Part shown: piece after piece, positions 1 through 11,515 of the stretch | Layout of the letters: every line of letters starts with the position of its first letter | Position numbering within the stretch: position 1 is the first letter of the stretch | DNA from: Asterias rubens | Lineage: Eukaryota | DNA length: 64,000 nt | Assembly (NCBI RefSeq): GCF_902459465.1 | Contig: NC_047070.1 | Coordinates: forward strand, 16,616,001-16,680,000 | Direction of reading: 5' to 3' | Program-made: the position numbers and the translations under genes | Notes under the pieces: model-generated | Database searches by the model: none | What the model was told of the DNA's origin: nothing | The model's input: the letters and a program-made list of their open reading frames with translations, nothing else

Positions 1-321
1 AGCCAAGAAGCGTGGTGAGCTCGTGGGCAGTGCATAATACTAAGATGAATATTATTTAGATAAATCTGCTCAATTTTGTAAATTGTGTAACTTTATCTTC
101 TTTTTGAATTGTGTATTCTCTGTATGTTTTCCAGCGATTCGACCCTTGGTTGCCATTGTAAACAAAAAAAAACCGTCAATGAAATGAAATGAAGTGAATA
201 TGAATATAGACTCCTCTCAATATTAATATGAATATAGACACCTTTCAATTATAATATGTAATATAACACCAGACATTTATATAGTGCATACCAGAGAAAG
301 AGGTTAGTCCTCACTCAAATA

Positions 322-510
322 TTAAAGCCTTTTTCGGCATCTGAAAGCACATCTTGTGCGACAAGGGTGTTTTTTCTTCCCTTATTCTCTTGCAACTTCG
401 ATGACCAATCAGACCAAATTTGTACAGGTTTGTTTTTGTATGCATAAAGTTGGGATACACTAAGTGAGAACAATGGCTTTGGCAAGTACAAAACGTGTCC
501 AGTGCCTTAA
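322..510 (-). mobile_element. Partial copy of the same TTAA-flanked MITE family
   Basis: Reverse complement of the left half of the 11160-11515 element, ending GTCCAGTGCCTTAA. Confidence 0.6.
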
Positions 511-1004
511 ATCGGAGTGCAGTTGGAATAAGATGTGTGTTATATTGAGAACGAGGTTCGCGTGACATTGCATGCACTGTCAGCATGGATGTGCTCAACT
601 CACTGAACTGTGTCTGGTTCTGAGAGAGCCCTTTGAAACCCAGTCAGAATTTAAGCTCCAGTCATTGCTCCATGATCAGACCATCGAGCATTGATCAGAC
701 TCATGTCATACTTTATAAATATTTAATCACTTATCCATTAAGGGGTTGTGCATGGTTGATCCATAGTCACAGGGCGAGCCGATTTTAATGCTTGTCTTGT
801 ACGTTTTGTGACTATACCTAAAACTTATTTAATAATTAAGCATACAAATTTTTAAAGAAATTAATCAAAGTGTTCACACACTGGGAAATGTAGCATTATT
901 GAATATTTTGATGAAAAAAGGGTCAATATTATTCAAACGTCTTTTCCTAAAGTCGTTGCAATTTTATACAGTGAGGCTATTAAACTGCACAACAATTTGT
1001 AATG

Positions 1005-1460
1005 AAAATGTGAGCATAGTTTCTAATTAAGATTATTGGGTTGAAATATGTTGTTTAAATGACTTTCATTCTCTAAGAACAAGATCTACAACACTCTCAT
1101 GTACTCCCAAATGAGCAATTCCTAGCCGCAGTTTACAGTGTGGTTTTAAACTTTACAAAACAATCATGGAAACGTGAGCTAGTTTCTGATTAAGATTATT
1201 GGGTTGAAATATGTTGTTTAAATGACTTTCCTTCTCTAAGAACAAGATCTACAACACTCCCATGTACTCCCAAATGAGCAATTCCTAGCCACAGTTTACG
1301 GTGTGGTTTTTAAACTTAAAAAAACAATAACGAAAACGTGAGCTAGTTTCTGATTAAGATTGTTGGGTTGACAACTGTTGTTTAGATGATTTCATTCTTT
1401 AAAAACAAGATTTACAACACTCCGTTGTACTCCCCAATGAGCAATTCCCCAAGCCACAGT
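1005..1460. repeat. Tandem repeat, ~163-bp unit, ~2.8 copies
   Basis: AAGATT(A/G)TTGGG recurs at 1029, 1192 and 1356 with conserved intervening sequence. Confidence 0.9.
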
Positions 1461-4400
1461 TTCTACGACACAGTGTCCGACCCAGAATGTGTTGTTATAC
1501 ACACAGTGATTGCCAACAATTGTCAGTCTTATTATTGCGTCTAATCCGTTGGGACAGGGAAGGCTGCACTCGATGAAGATTCTTTTCAGCCCAGAACTCG
1601 AGATTTATCGAGTTCTGGGAAACCGGCGTTTGAAACTAGAGAAAATTTAACTGTAACCTTGTAGACAACTGGACTTTTCATAACAGGTCAACTTTCGCGC
1701 TTAAATGAGATCTTAAGTTAACGAAGAGCGGCGGAAAGGGGAAGAATTTTATGCTGATAAGTGGAACTTTAGGCCTTTATAGACAATGGTGGGGTGCATA
1801 AGAATTGGCTCCAACGAGCCATGTACCGTAAATACTCAACAGACCGGACACTTTCATTGAAGTCTTATCCTGTGCCAGCTAAGCCTGTCACTTTCAGTGT
1901 TCAACAAGTCAAAATCAAAAACAATGGTTAAACAAACAAACAAACACACCGACAAACAAGCAGACAACAAGCATAACAACACAACAGCAACACTAAAATT
2001 GCCATCATTTGCATCTTGCAATCAGGGAGATTGTCTACAACAATCAGTAAGATGTCATCACTGCATTCAAGAAAACTGGGCAAAGTTTCCATAATCAGAA
2101 ATACTACTTAAACAAAAAATCATCAGAACATGGAAAGATTGGTTTATCTTCAGGGAACTTTCTGCAGATTCAGCAAGCTCTTCATAATCCCAGTTGAAAG
2201 TAAGAAAGAACTTCCCAAAAACATTCCGGTAGCTAAAAGGAGACATGTCAGTTGGGTTAACTTGACCACATCTCTCCACAAGTTTTGAAGTTCACATTGG
2301 ACAAGATTATATCATGCACGAGGAATAAACTACATGATTATTTTGATTACTTGAATTTTTACCTGTGAAATTAATAAATGACAATGGAATTATACTCAAA
2401 ATAATTTTTTCAAAACACAAAAACATATTAATATTAATATAACAAAGGGAGGGAGCACATTTTCCACAGGTTAAATAAATTATGTTTGATTAACTTTGCG
2501 AATGACATTTTCCAAAACCAACTAAACTTGTTTTGAATACACAGGCTAATGTAAAAAGGTGAAAACTAAACCACTCGTTTTGTTGCAAAGAAGAAAAGTA
2601 AGACTAGATCCAGAGTGAAGTTCGTCTAATTTCACTCAAAAAGAGAGACACATATTGACTTTCAATCTCAAAAGAGCGAAACTTAGACAAGTCACTCTTT
2701 TATATTAAGAGCGACATCTGACGTGCGAATGGGACGTGAGTACGTTGCCAAGAAACTATTCTCTTTCCAGCTCATTACATGGCACATGACGTTCGCGTCG
2801 ACCATCAAGATACCCGACTCTTGTTCCCATCTTAACAGATGCCGACATCACCTGTAATTAAGCCTAATTAAAATTATCCAGTAATTCAACTAAGTGGATG
2901 CAATCTGGTCGCCAGTAAAAGCACATCCGTGTGGCAGCTAATTAGAAGCAGCAGTTTGATCATGAAGCTAACTAGCGGATGGTCCATCTGCCATGCATAC
3001 CAAAGCTGCCCACAAGATTCCGGGATCAAAACCAGAGAAGTTGACTGACCGCAGGGACAGTGTGATGAGCAACATTGTACAAAGAGCAAACATAGGACTG
3101 AAAATACAACAGCCTTGACGAGTTGAAAACCTATGGGCGTACCCACACTCTTCCCACAGCCTGCGGGGGCGAGAGGCTAAAAGGGGGATGGAAGCACCCC
3201 GATTTTGCCGAAAAAAGGCACGCCCTACTCCTTCAGCCCTAATGTACATTTTATTTTGCTAAACCTATATCAAAAGTAATGTAAAGTCCATTCCCTACCA
3301 ACAGTGACGTCACTTCCCAACGTCTGGGTTGATGTAGAACCAAAGTAGCCTGGATGTGGGTCATTAGACTAATTTCAAGTGGCCATAACTTTATTGCACA
3401 TCAAATTAATACATGCCAATTCACATGATTCGGTAGTGGATACGAAATGGTCGACGGTAACTTTTTAGATTATTTGAAACACTGACATAGTTGATGTCTC
3501 CCCATTGGAATAGCCATCACAATACTTCAGGCGTGAAGCCTTTTATCATGTAAATGAGAGAACACAAATCTGTGCAACAAGGGTGTTTGCAACCTCGATT
3601 ACCAATTGTTCCAAACTTTCACAGAGTTGTTACTTTATGCATGTGTTGGGGTGCACCAAGTGAGAATACTGGTCTTTGACAATACCCAAGCTATCCGGGG
3701 GGGGGGGTTATTTTACAAAGAGTTAAGACTGGCCTTATCTCAAGTTAAGACGAGACACTCGTACTAACCTTAGACTATATTTAAGTTTTTAATAACTCCT
3801 AAAGAGTCATAGAAATAGTCTTACGTTATAACTATCTTTGTGAAATTGACTCCAGTGCCTTTAACCAGGCGTCCAATCCACATTCTGCAGTGCTGATCAG
3901 AAACACCTGAGCTCAAGCCCGCTCCCTCAACTCGGCCATCAGTACATACCACAACAGAACAGCGCGTCATGCTGATTATTCATAACAAACCATGCACCAT
4001 TAGGCTATACACGTATAATTAATTGCTTGGACTCAAACCCAATACCCATAAACAAATGAAGACACATCAATCATACAGTGCAAGATATGTGGCCTTTGGT
4101 TTAAGCTCACGATGAAATAATGCTGGATACCATCCTCGAGAAGATGATAATTAATTAATCCCGAATGGAACTATTACCATAGCCCCAGCCGAGAATAGAT
4201 AGTCTTTTAATCTAACCCACTTTTCAAACACATTACTCGGTTCATCAATGCTCGTTATTATCCATTATGAACACTAGGTTTACACTGGATCTATTCCTCC
4301 CTGAACATTCACGACATAATCCATTTTCAGAGCCCAATTTCATAAAGATGCATAATCTGCTAGGGTAATTTTACGATCTTTCACGGTGCCTCTTTTTGTT

Positions 4401-5273
4401 TCTTCCCAAGGATAATTCATCAAGAGCTCCCTGTAACTTTAAATGTAATTCATGTAATCGTTGTTGCATGCAAAATGTCACGAGTAACAATAATTAAAAT
4501 GGAATCAATAGTGTTCAATTGATTTTTCAACACTATTGATAGTTGGAGAACTATACTTCACTTCTTATTAAAGAAAAACAAACCAGCAATTAAAATAAGA
4601 TAATTGAAAGGGTAAACATTATTGTATCAAAAAGTGTGCTTCATTCAGTATTAACACCAACACAGTACAGAAAGATTAACTTTCATGTCCTTTCTCGATT
4701 GGCTCAGCCCAACGAATGCCGAGCGAGGCATGCTTTAAATTAAAGTGTCATTGCGTCGTGTTCAGAACAAAAAATCGAATTCAGTTCGGGTTATCAGGTC
4801 CCTAGACCATTTGACGCTTAACTAATCCCAGTTGTTTGTTACCCCAAGAGAGAGTCACATACCATGGACCAATTGTGTCGTGACTAAAAGCAACGGACAA
4901 ACATCTATAACGGCATTACACGTTATTCCAATGACCACGAATACAACACAGATTTCTTCTTCAATAGTTCCGTCAGCAAACACTCAGATTTGAAGAAGAC
5001 AAATGGATGTGATGAAGTTAACTCTTACCATCCCCCTGGGGAGTGTTCACGCACAATTATTCATACCAAATCGCATGGAAGCGCCACTCCTATTATCCAA
5101 AGAGGTATAAAGGGTTCGGAGTCACTCGTCTGTTTTATATGAATCTTCTTTCTCTTGAAATGGTTTCTTAATTAATTGAAAATTTTGTTTTGCCCCTGAG
5201 AGGTATATGTGTCCCGCCTCAATTTGATAGTTGAAGGGGTTTTGACATTCTAGTTGATCTTATTTTATTTACT

Positions 5274-5543
5274 GAATTGGTCATCGAAGTTGCAAGCGAA
5301 TCATGAAAGAAGAAAAAAAACATTTGTTGCACAAAATCGTGTGCTTTTACATGCCAAATATGGCCACAGGAATGAAGTATTTTAATATGTTTTAGTGAGA
5401 AATTACCTCTTTCTCAAAAACTACGTTGCTTCTGAGGGAGCTGCTTCTAACAATGTTGTATACTATCAACAGCTCTCCGTTGCTCGTTTAAGTTTCTATG
5501 CTAAATTCTGTGAGTAATTAACATTAGGGTGCAGTGCCTTTAA
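5274..5543 (+). mobile_element. Partial copy of the same TTAA-flanked MITE family
   Basis: AATTGGTCATCGAAGTTGCAAG...GGGAGCTGCTTCTAACAATGTT...GCAGTGCCTTTAA. Confidence 0.6.
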
Positions 5544-6000
5544 TTTCTATACAATAAACATTTTGTATTTCCCTCATATCAGGATATCACTATCGGTTGT
5601 TGCCTTTGGAATTAAATTGACACCCGGACCATGCTCCGGACTATCAGCGTGAAAAGTAGCATCCATGCCGGACGACGCTGAGACAATGTCCCACTCTTCA
5701 GATAGTAATTGTTCGGTCAATTTAATGACATGCAACATAATAGGTTTATTGCATTCATTATATCCCAATAAATAATGGCAACCTTCAGGTTTATATGCAA
5801 TCATTTCCTTGCTGTTGTTTGGCCAGGGTATTCAATTAGATACTGTAAGAAAATACTATCATTATAATGGCCAAGTGAAACTGAGACGAAGAAGAAGACG
5901 AAATTAAATTACGGTTTGGAGAAATCACTGTTAAAGATGCTTTTGTTTCGGAAGACATATGTTTGTCCAGTATAATGGGAGACTTTCTGGGACGATAGAG

Positions 6001-6097
6001 GGCAGCAGACTTACCGGGTAAATCCATTGTTCTCAGAATTATGCGCATGTTCAGAACTACGTAAACAATGGAAATTTACCCGGTGTGTCTGCTGCCA
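6001..6097. repeat. Short foldback (inverted repeat) element
   Basis: GGCAGCAGACTTACCGGGTAAATCCATTGTT (6001-6031) against AACAATGGAAATTTACCCGGTGTGTCTGCTGCC (~6065-6097). Confidence 0.75.
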
Positions 6098-6666
6098 CCT
6101 AGCGTTGGAAAGTCTCCTATTGGGGAGTTACGTATACTGGCGAGTTTAATGATTGTATTAACGATACTCGCCAACTTCAATTTATCTCCCACAAAAGAGA
6201 TTTACACATGGTTGTACCCGCAAGTTGTTTATTTATAGCTTCGTCCTATAAATTTATTTCCTTCATAATTTACATGCTTTGTATTCACAGGATAATATTT
6301 GGTCCTCGTAAAAAAAGGGGGGGGGGGGAGGTTTTATCAAGAGAGGGCCTACAATGGGTTGGCCTAACTGTACACAAAGGGTATGTTCTAAAATACATTT
6401 CAGGCTATTGTAATAAAAAAAATCCAAGGGAAAGAAAACAAAATCGGAAATCACACTAAAGAATGAATATTTTGTTTGCGGTAGGACCATGTGTTTCTAC
6501 TTTCCAGGTATAGAGTTTGTTCTTTACAGAAGGGATGAACCAACCCTGTGTATTTTAATATTAAAATCATGTCAAACTTGATAACTACCTTCTCTATTTT
6601 GTTTTTTAACTATGTCACTCAGCGAGTATTTGATCCTCGTCAGTTAATTCTGACCACAAAGTACTT

Positions 6667-6708
6667 TCTCCTGAAGACGAGCTGAGTATACTGTTCGAAA
6701 CGTCGAGA
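6667..6708 (+). ncRNA. Minimal type I hammerhead ribozyme motif (Penelope-like-element type)
   Basis: TCTC-CTGAAGA-C-GAGC(tgagtatact)GTTC-GAAAC-GTC-GAGA. It has the conserved CUGANGA and GAAA cores, stem II GAGC/GTTC, a palindromic ACGT mini stem III, a GUC cleavage triplet and a 4-bp stem I TCTC/GAGA. Confidence 0.7.
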
Positions 6709-7384
6709 CCACACCGGCTCTGAAACTGCAAGATTGATAGTGAGTTGCCTGAGACTGCAGCATTGATGTAACGAAGGGGCGGCTTGCAATACACGTGTAT
6801 TCTTAATCTGCTGTATAATTACAGTATAATTGATGTACTGTTTTAGGATAAAAGGCAATACCAAACATTTGGTAATTACTCAAAAAATTTAAACGACCAT
6901 AACTTAATACTAGGTAAGAAACACTGCAGCTGCTGATTAGACAAAAAATAACACTACGTGGTTGTCGTACAGAGGAATTAAAAAACATTTCCATCTGAGA
7001 AACGTTTCTGCATGAAACGTTTCTCAGCTAAGGTGATAGTTATGAGATTATAAGGTCATTATAATAATGGTGGGTTTTTACAATGTCGCTTACTTATAAG
7101 CTCAATGGTTGTAGGGAGCAGTTCATAAACGTTTCAATCTGAGAAAACGTTTCTTCATGAAACTTTGGGTATGGTTTTAATTGTGAGGTATTTAGCCATT
7201 ATAACAATGTCTCTCCATTGGATAAACGGAAATACTGCCGCTGTGGGTCACCATTAATATGTTGCTCTGTAACTTCAAGATAGAAAGGTCTATTCTAAAT
7301 GTTTTCTAATGGATACCTATTGTATGAGGTTGGTATCAATGTTGAAGCGCCGAATGTGCTTAAAACGAGAAACAAATTATTTAT

Positions 7385-7875
7385 TCGCTTGTCATTTAGT
7401 ACCAAAAGTCTCTAGCGTTTTTTCATCTGTCTTTAGCTTATTTAGAGAGCCACTTTGTGCTTGGTGGCCCCCGGGGCTGAATGTATCTCATTGAGATGTT
7501 TCCATGCTCTGTATTAGTAGTGCTTGTTAAGTATTTGCCCAGTGCCGAAATTTGGCAAGGGGGTCTTTTGGGTACGTAGTTGAAGTCATGGTGTTAGCAA
7601 GTAGAAAATCAGACGTAGAATAAACGTTTACAATTAATTATTCACTTTTAAAACGTTTACTTCACGCCCAATTTGTGCTTGCCCACCATGACTTCAACTA
7701 CTTACCTAAAATACCACCTTGCCAAATTTCGGCAAGGGTAGGATAATGAAACACAAATAATACTGCGGCTGGAAACATCCAGCCCCGGGGGCCACGAAGC
7801 ACAAAACGGCTCCCTAAAAAAGCCAAAGACAGGTGACAGATTCAAAAGGCTGATAGTGATTGCCAAATGACATGA
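7385..7875. repeat. Long imperfect inverted repeat (MITE/foldback-like), arms ~200 bp
   Basis: GCCGAAATTTGGCAAGG..GTAGTTGAAGTCATGGTG against CACCATGACTTCAACTAC..CCTTGCCAAATTTCGGC; GTGGCCCCCGGGGCTG against CAGCCCCGGGGGCCAC. Confidence 0.75.
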
Positions 7876-10800
7876 CAGCTCTCCATCGTACCAAATTATG
7901 AGTTGGTTCGTATAATTGCGAATTTGTAAATTTTACACAACTTAAATTTTTTTGTGCGCACGGGTTATTCTTAATAGTGCGTTGAAATAAGCACTATAGA
8001 TTTTCAACGGTATCTCAAAAAAACTTCCACCTTTTGAAATACAATGTTCACAACTTATAGTTGTATTGTATATGTCTACATTTATACTGGAATTAAAATA
8101 ATTAAACGGTGCCTCACTTTGCCTTTCAGATTTGCTAAATAGAGAACGCAATTTATTTTTTTGAACAGATGCTACTCATCTGCTTTTCGTTATCTGATAG
8201 ACAGGGGAATATGTTAGTGCTCTCACCAAAGGCAAAGTCAATTGCATTGCCCTCGGCTTACATATATTATATACCCAGCTTATTGTTTGTCATTTCTAAA
8301 GAATTGTAAATCCAGTCTGCACAAACGCCATGGGACACCTGCAATTGTATGTCTGGGCATAACTGCATCTTCCGGGCATCTAATGAGCCAAGTTGTTGGT
8401 CTATCATGGCCGAACCATCTCGCTCCTGCACTCCATTTAAAACGATTCCTTCAATGGTAATTCGTTTTCTCTTTATCGATTACTTTAAGCATGCTTAATG
8501 ACAGGTGTGAACTGCAGTATAGTGTTTTGTGTTTCAGTTTAAATCGCATCAAATCCAAGCAAACCGCATGGAAGCCAACGGTACATTGTTTTGCGCCGGA
8601 AATCAATTCAAATCCTAGAGGATTCAACACTAGACGCAAACACAATCACCATCGGAAAGCAGCATCATTAACACTCATACAATCATAACAACAACAGCAA
8701 CATCTATTAAACAATGTTACTTCAGGCAAATTGAACTCGAAACTGAACATTAAGTGACCACCATTGCTTCATTAACCGTTGAATGAACTAACCATACCCG
8801 CGTAAATGAAATACAGACCAGGCTAGGCCACGACAACAAAAATACAACAACAGTACAATGACGCAGGGAATAAAGCGGCATAATTTAATAAATATTTATA
8901 GGATTAATAAGCATACGGCATTGAAGAATGAACCATGAACTTTCACTGATAAATTTACCATTTCACCAGAGTTTGTTAAATCATTACTTTTCTGGTAATT
9001 ATGCAAATCGCAGAGACCATCGATAGACTCAGTCGTGGTTGACGCCAACATAAATAATTAAAAAACTACATTTCACGGCACAATTGCAGTATAAAATTCA
9101 CAGTTGTCACAAGGCTAAACTCTGGTCATGGGATATACTTATTTCAATTAAATGAAATCATGTATATTTAAAAGAGTTTCTGATATTTACTCTGTCATCG
9201 TCATGCAACTGTTCAATGTCCCTCCCTTGACCGCATATAATATGTATGCTAGAAGACTTCCAACAGGCCTAAGCACAGAGGGGTATATGAGTACATTCAA
9301 ACAATCAATCATTACACAAACACGCATCTCAAAAATGGATGGTCAAGTTTTTGAAAAAAGGAAAAAAACAGGGCACAAAGTATATACTTGTTTTGATTCA
9401 GGTAATTTTATCGAATCAAGTGGTGAACTTATATAACAAAGTTTCCGTACACACAGAGGGCCTAAACATAGTTCTTCCCTATGACATGTCTTATAAAGAA
9501 GACGCCAGAACGCGACAAATGATACACGTAGCAACCAATGCACTACTTCCATAGCAACCAGTGTACTACATACATAGCAACGGCAGCTCCTTCGTACCTA
9601 GACGTCTTTTTATGCATCACAATGGGAGCTATAATAACAAAAAATTCTGATTTTACTTTTAATTTGGTCTGGTCCGTTGGCGTTCTACTTTTCGCTTAAT
9701 ACAAAGCTGCATGGATGGACCAACAATGCAAGTGAAATCAAGACACTTTCAGATAAATATTGTTAACTCGAGTTCAGGGTGGTTAAAGTCGTCAAGGTGT
9801 GGTTCGAATCCACATCATGACAGTTGTGTCCTTATCAGCAAGATGCTTCTATAATAATTGTTTCCCTTTCTCCAGGGATACAATAAACAGAGCAGAGGAT
9901 GATGGTTAAAAAAGCTTGGTCATTCACTACGGATTATTTTAATTAAGTGTTTTTTTTTTTTTGGTTTTTTTTATGAGAGCAATGTGTACTACCAGCAACA
10001 AATGAGCGTTAAAACTATCGCATCAAAACATACAAAAACAGGGATGTTTGTACGACTGTTAGAGTGAACAGTTTTATAACCATCTCTTTTTTGTGTGTAA
10101 TAGTGTTAATTCCATCCAAATTATTAATGTAATGTTTTACTCAGACTTTTAACTATGTAACTGTTCATGTAATTCTGCTCCTGGCAGCGAATTTAATAGA
10201 TTTTTAAATAACCCATTGAATGAAAATAAATGAGTGTGTTCAAACGTATAACCTTGTCTTGAAAAAGTATCCAAACCACACAACATGCAACTGGGGCCAT
10301 GACATACTATGGTCCCAGCCTTGAACCGACTCCTTACGTGACTTTATGATATTCTCTTACATTGTCCAATGAGAGTGCAATTTACAAAATTGAGGCAACA
10401 CGATCTGGCCTTCTCAAGAATGAATATCAGACATGACACCTGGGACAAATTGTGCAATGCTGTTATATATAAAGCAGGACCTATACAGCCTGCACCAAAA
10501 TAGCAGACTGTATAAGCAAAAATACGAATGGGACCAGTCGTGACAAATCTACATTACAAAACAATGACAGTGATTTTTGGACGGTAACCAATTTCTGCTA
10601 AAAGCTACATTTGTATGCGTTTAGCAAACTTCTGTACTTTCAAGTTTTATGAAGTTGGCAACATCAGAGCCAAAGTGTGTTTCTTGATAAAACGTTAGTC
10701 GGTGGCATGTGATTTCCGCTGGTATGACAACAAAAACCACGATGATTTTGCAAATCAAAAAGATCCTTACATAATAACCGGTAGTAATAATGTACATGAC

Positions 10801-11159
10801 ACACCTAGTCAACAAAGACAACAACATCACAATAATAGCATTACATGTCATTTTTATTATTATTCCATCAAATACAATTTCCATCAACTGCATGATTAAG
10901 CACAATTTCACGACAGGCTTCTGCGATACAAACAGTGTGTACATCATGGGATTTGATTTAGTTGTGAAATGTTTCTCAAAGGCTGTTTCTTGTTCTCTCC
11001 TTATTCAAAGCTTGCTGCCTATGATTCTCTGGGGCAAACGGGGAGTATATGTGAACATGTAATTGCTCTGAAACAGTCAAAGTAGATACAACAAGAGAAG
11101 GATTTACATTTCTATTTCATCAGTTCGCCTTGAAAAAGAAACATATACCATGATTCAGC

Positions 11160-11515
11160 TTAAAGACACCTATGGTAATTGTCTAAGACCAGTATCCTCA
11201 ATTGGTGTATCTCATATATAAGATGCATAAAGCAGTGAAAATGTGGACTCAATTGGTCATCGAAGTTGCAAAAGAAAAAACCTTGTTGTACAATTAATTT
11301 GTTTACTTTCAGATGCCGAAAAAAGGCTTCATGCCTGAAGTATTTTAATATTGAGCGAGAAATAACCCCGTACTCAAATACGCTATAGCTACTTCAGAGG
11401 GAGCCGTTTATCACAATGTTTTATACTGTCAACAGCTCCCCGTTGCTCGTTACAAAGTAAGTTTTGTAAACTAACAATGATTTTGAGCAATTGCCAATAG
11501 TCTACAGTGGCTTAA
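11160..11515 (+). mobile_element. Non-autonomous DNA transposon (MITE), TTAA-flanked with AG termini, Kolobok-like; near-complete copy
   Basis: TTAA|AGACAC..TATGGTAATT at the left end and AATTGCCAATAG..GTGGC|TTAA at the right end form imperfect TIRs. Partial copies of the same internal sequence lie at ~322-510, ~3560-3680, ~5274-5543, ~40025-40130, ~51170-51310, ~54360-54460 and ~61691-61885. Confidence 0.65.

Noticed and set aside
311-598. 95-aa ORF
   Set aside because: Lies in a copy of the TTAA-flanked MITE; non-coding repeat.
3305-3312. CRE palindrome TGACGTCA (also 45662, 51653)
   Set aside because: An 8-mer expected by chance in 64 kb; no promoter evidence.
5574-6048. Two adjacent minus-strand ORFs (76 and 70 aa)
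   Set aside because: One overlaps the foldback repeat; no homology cues or coherent exon chain.
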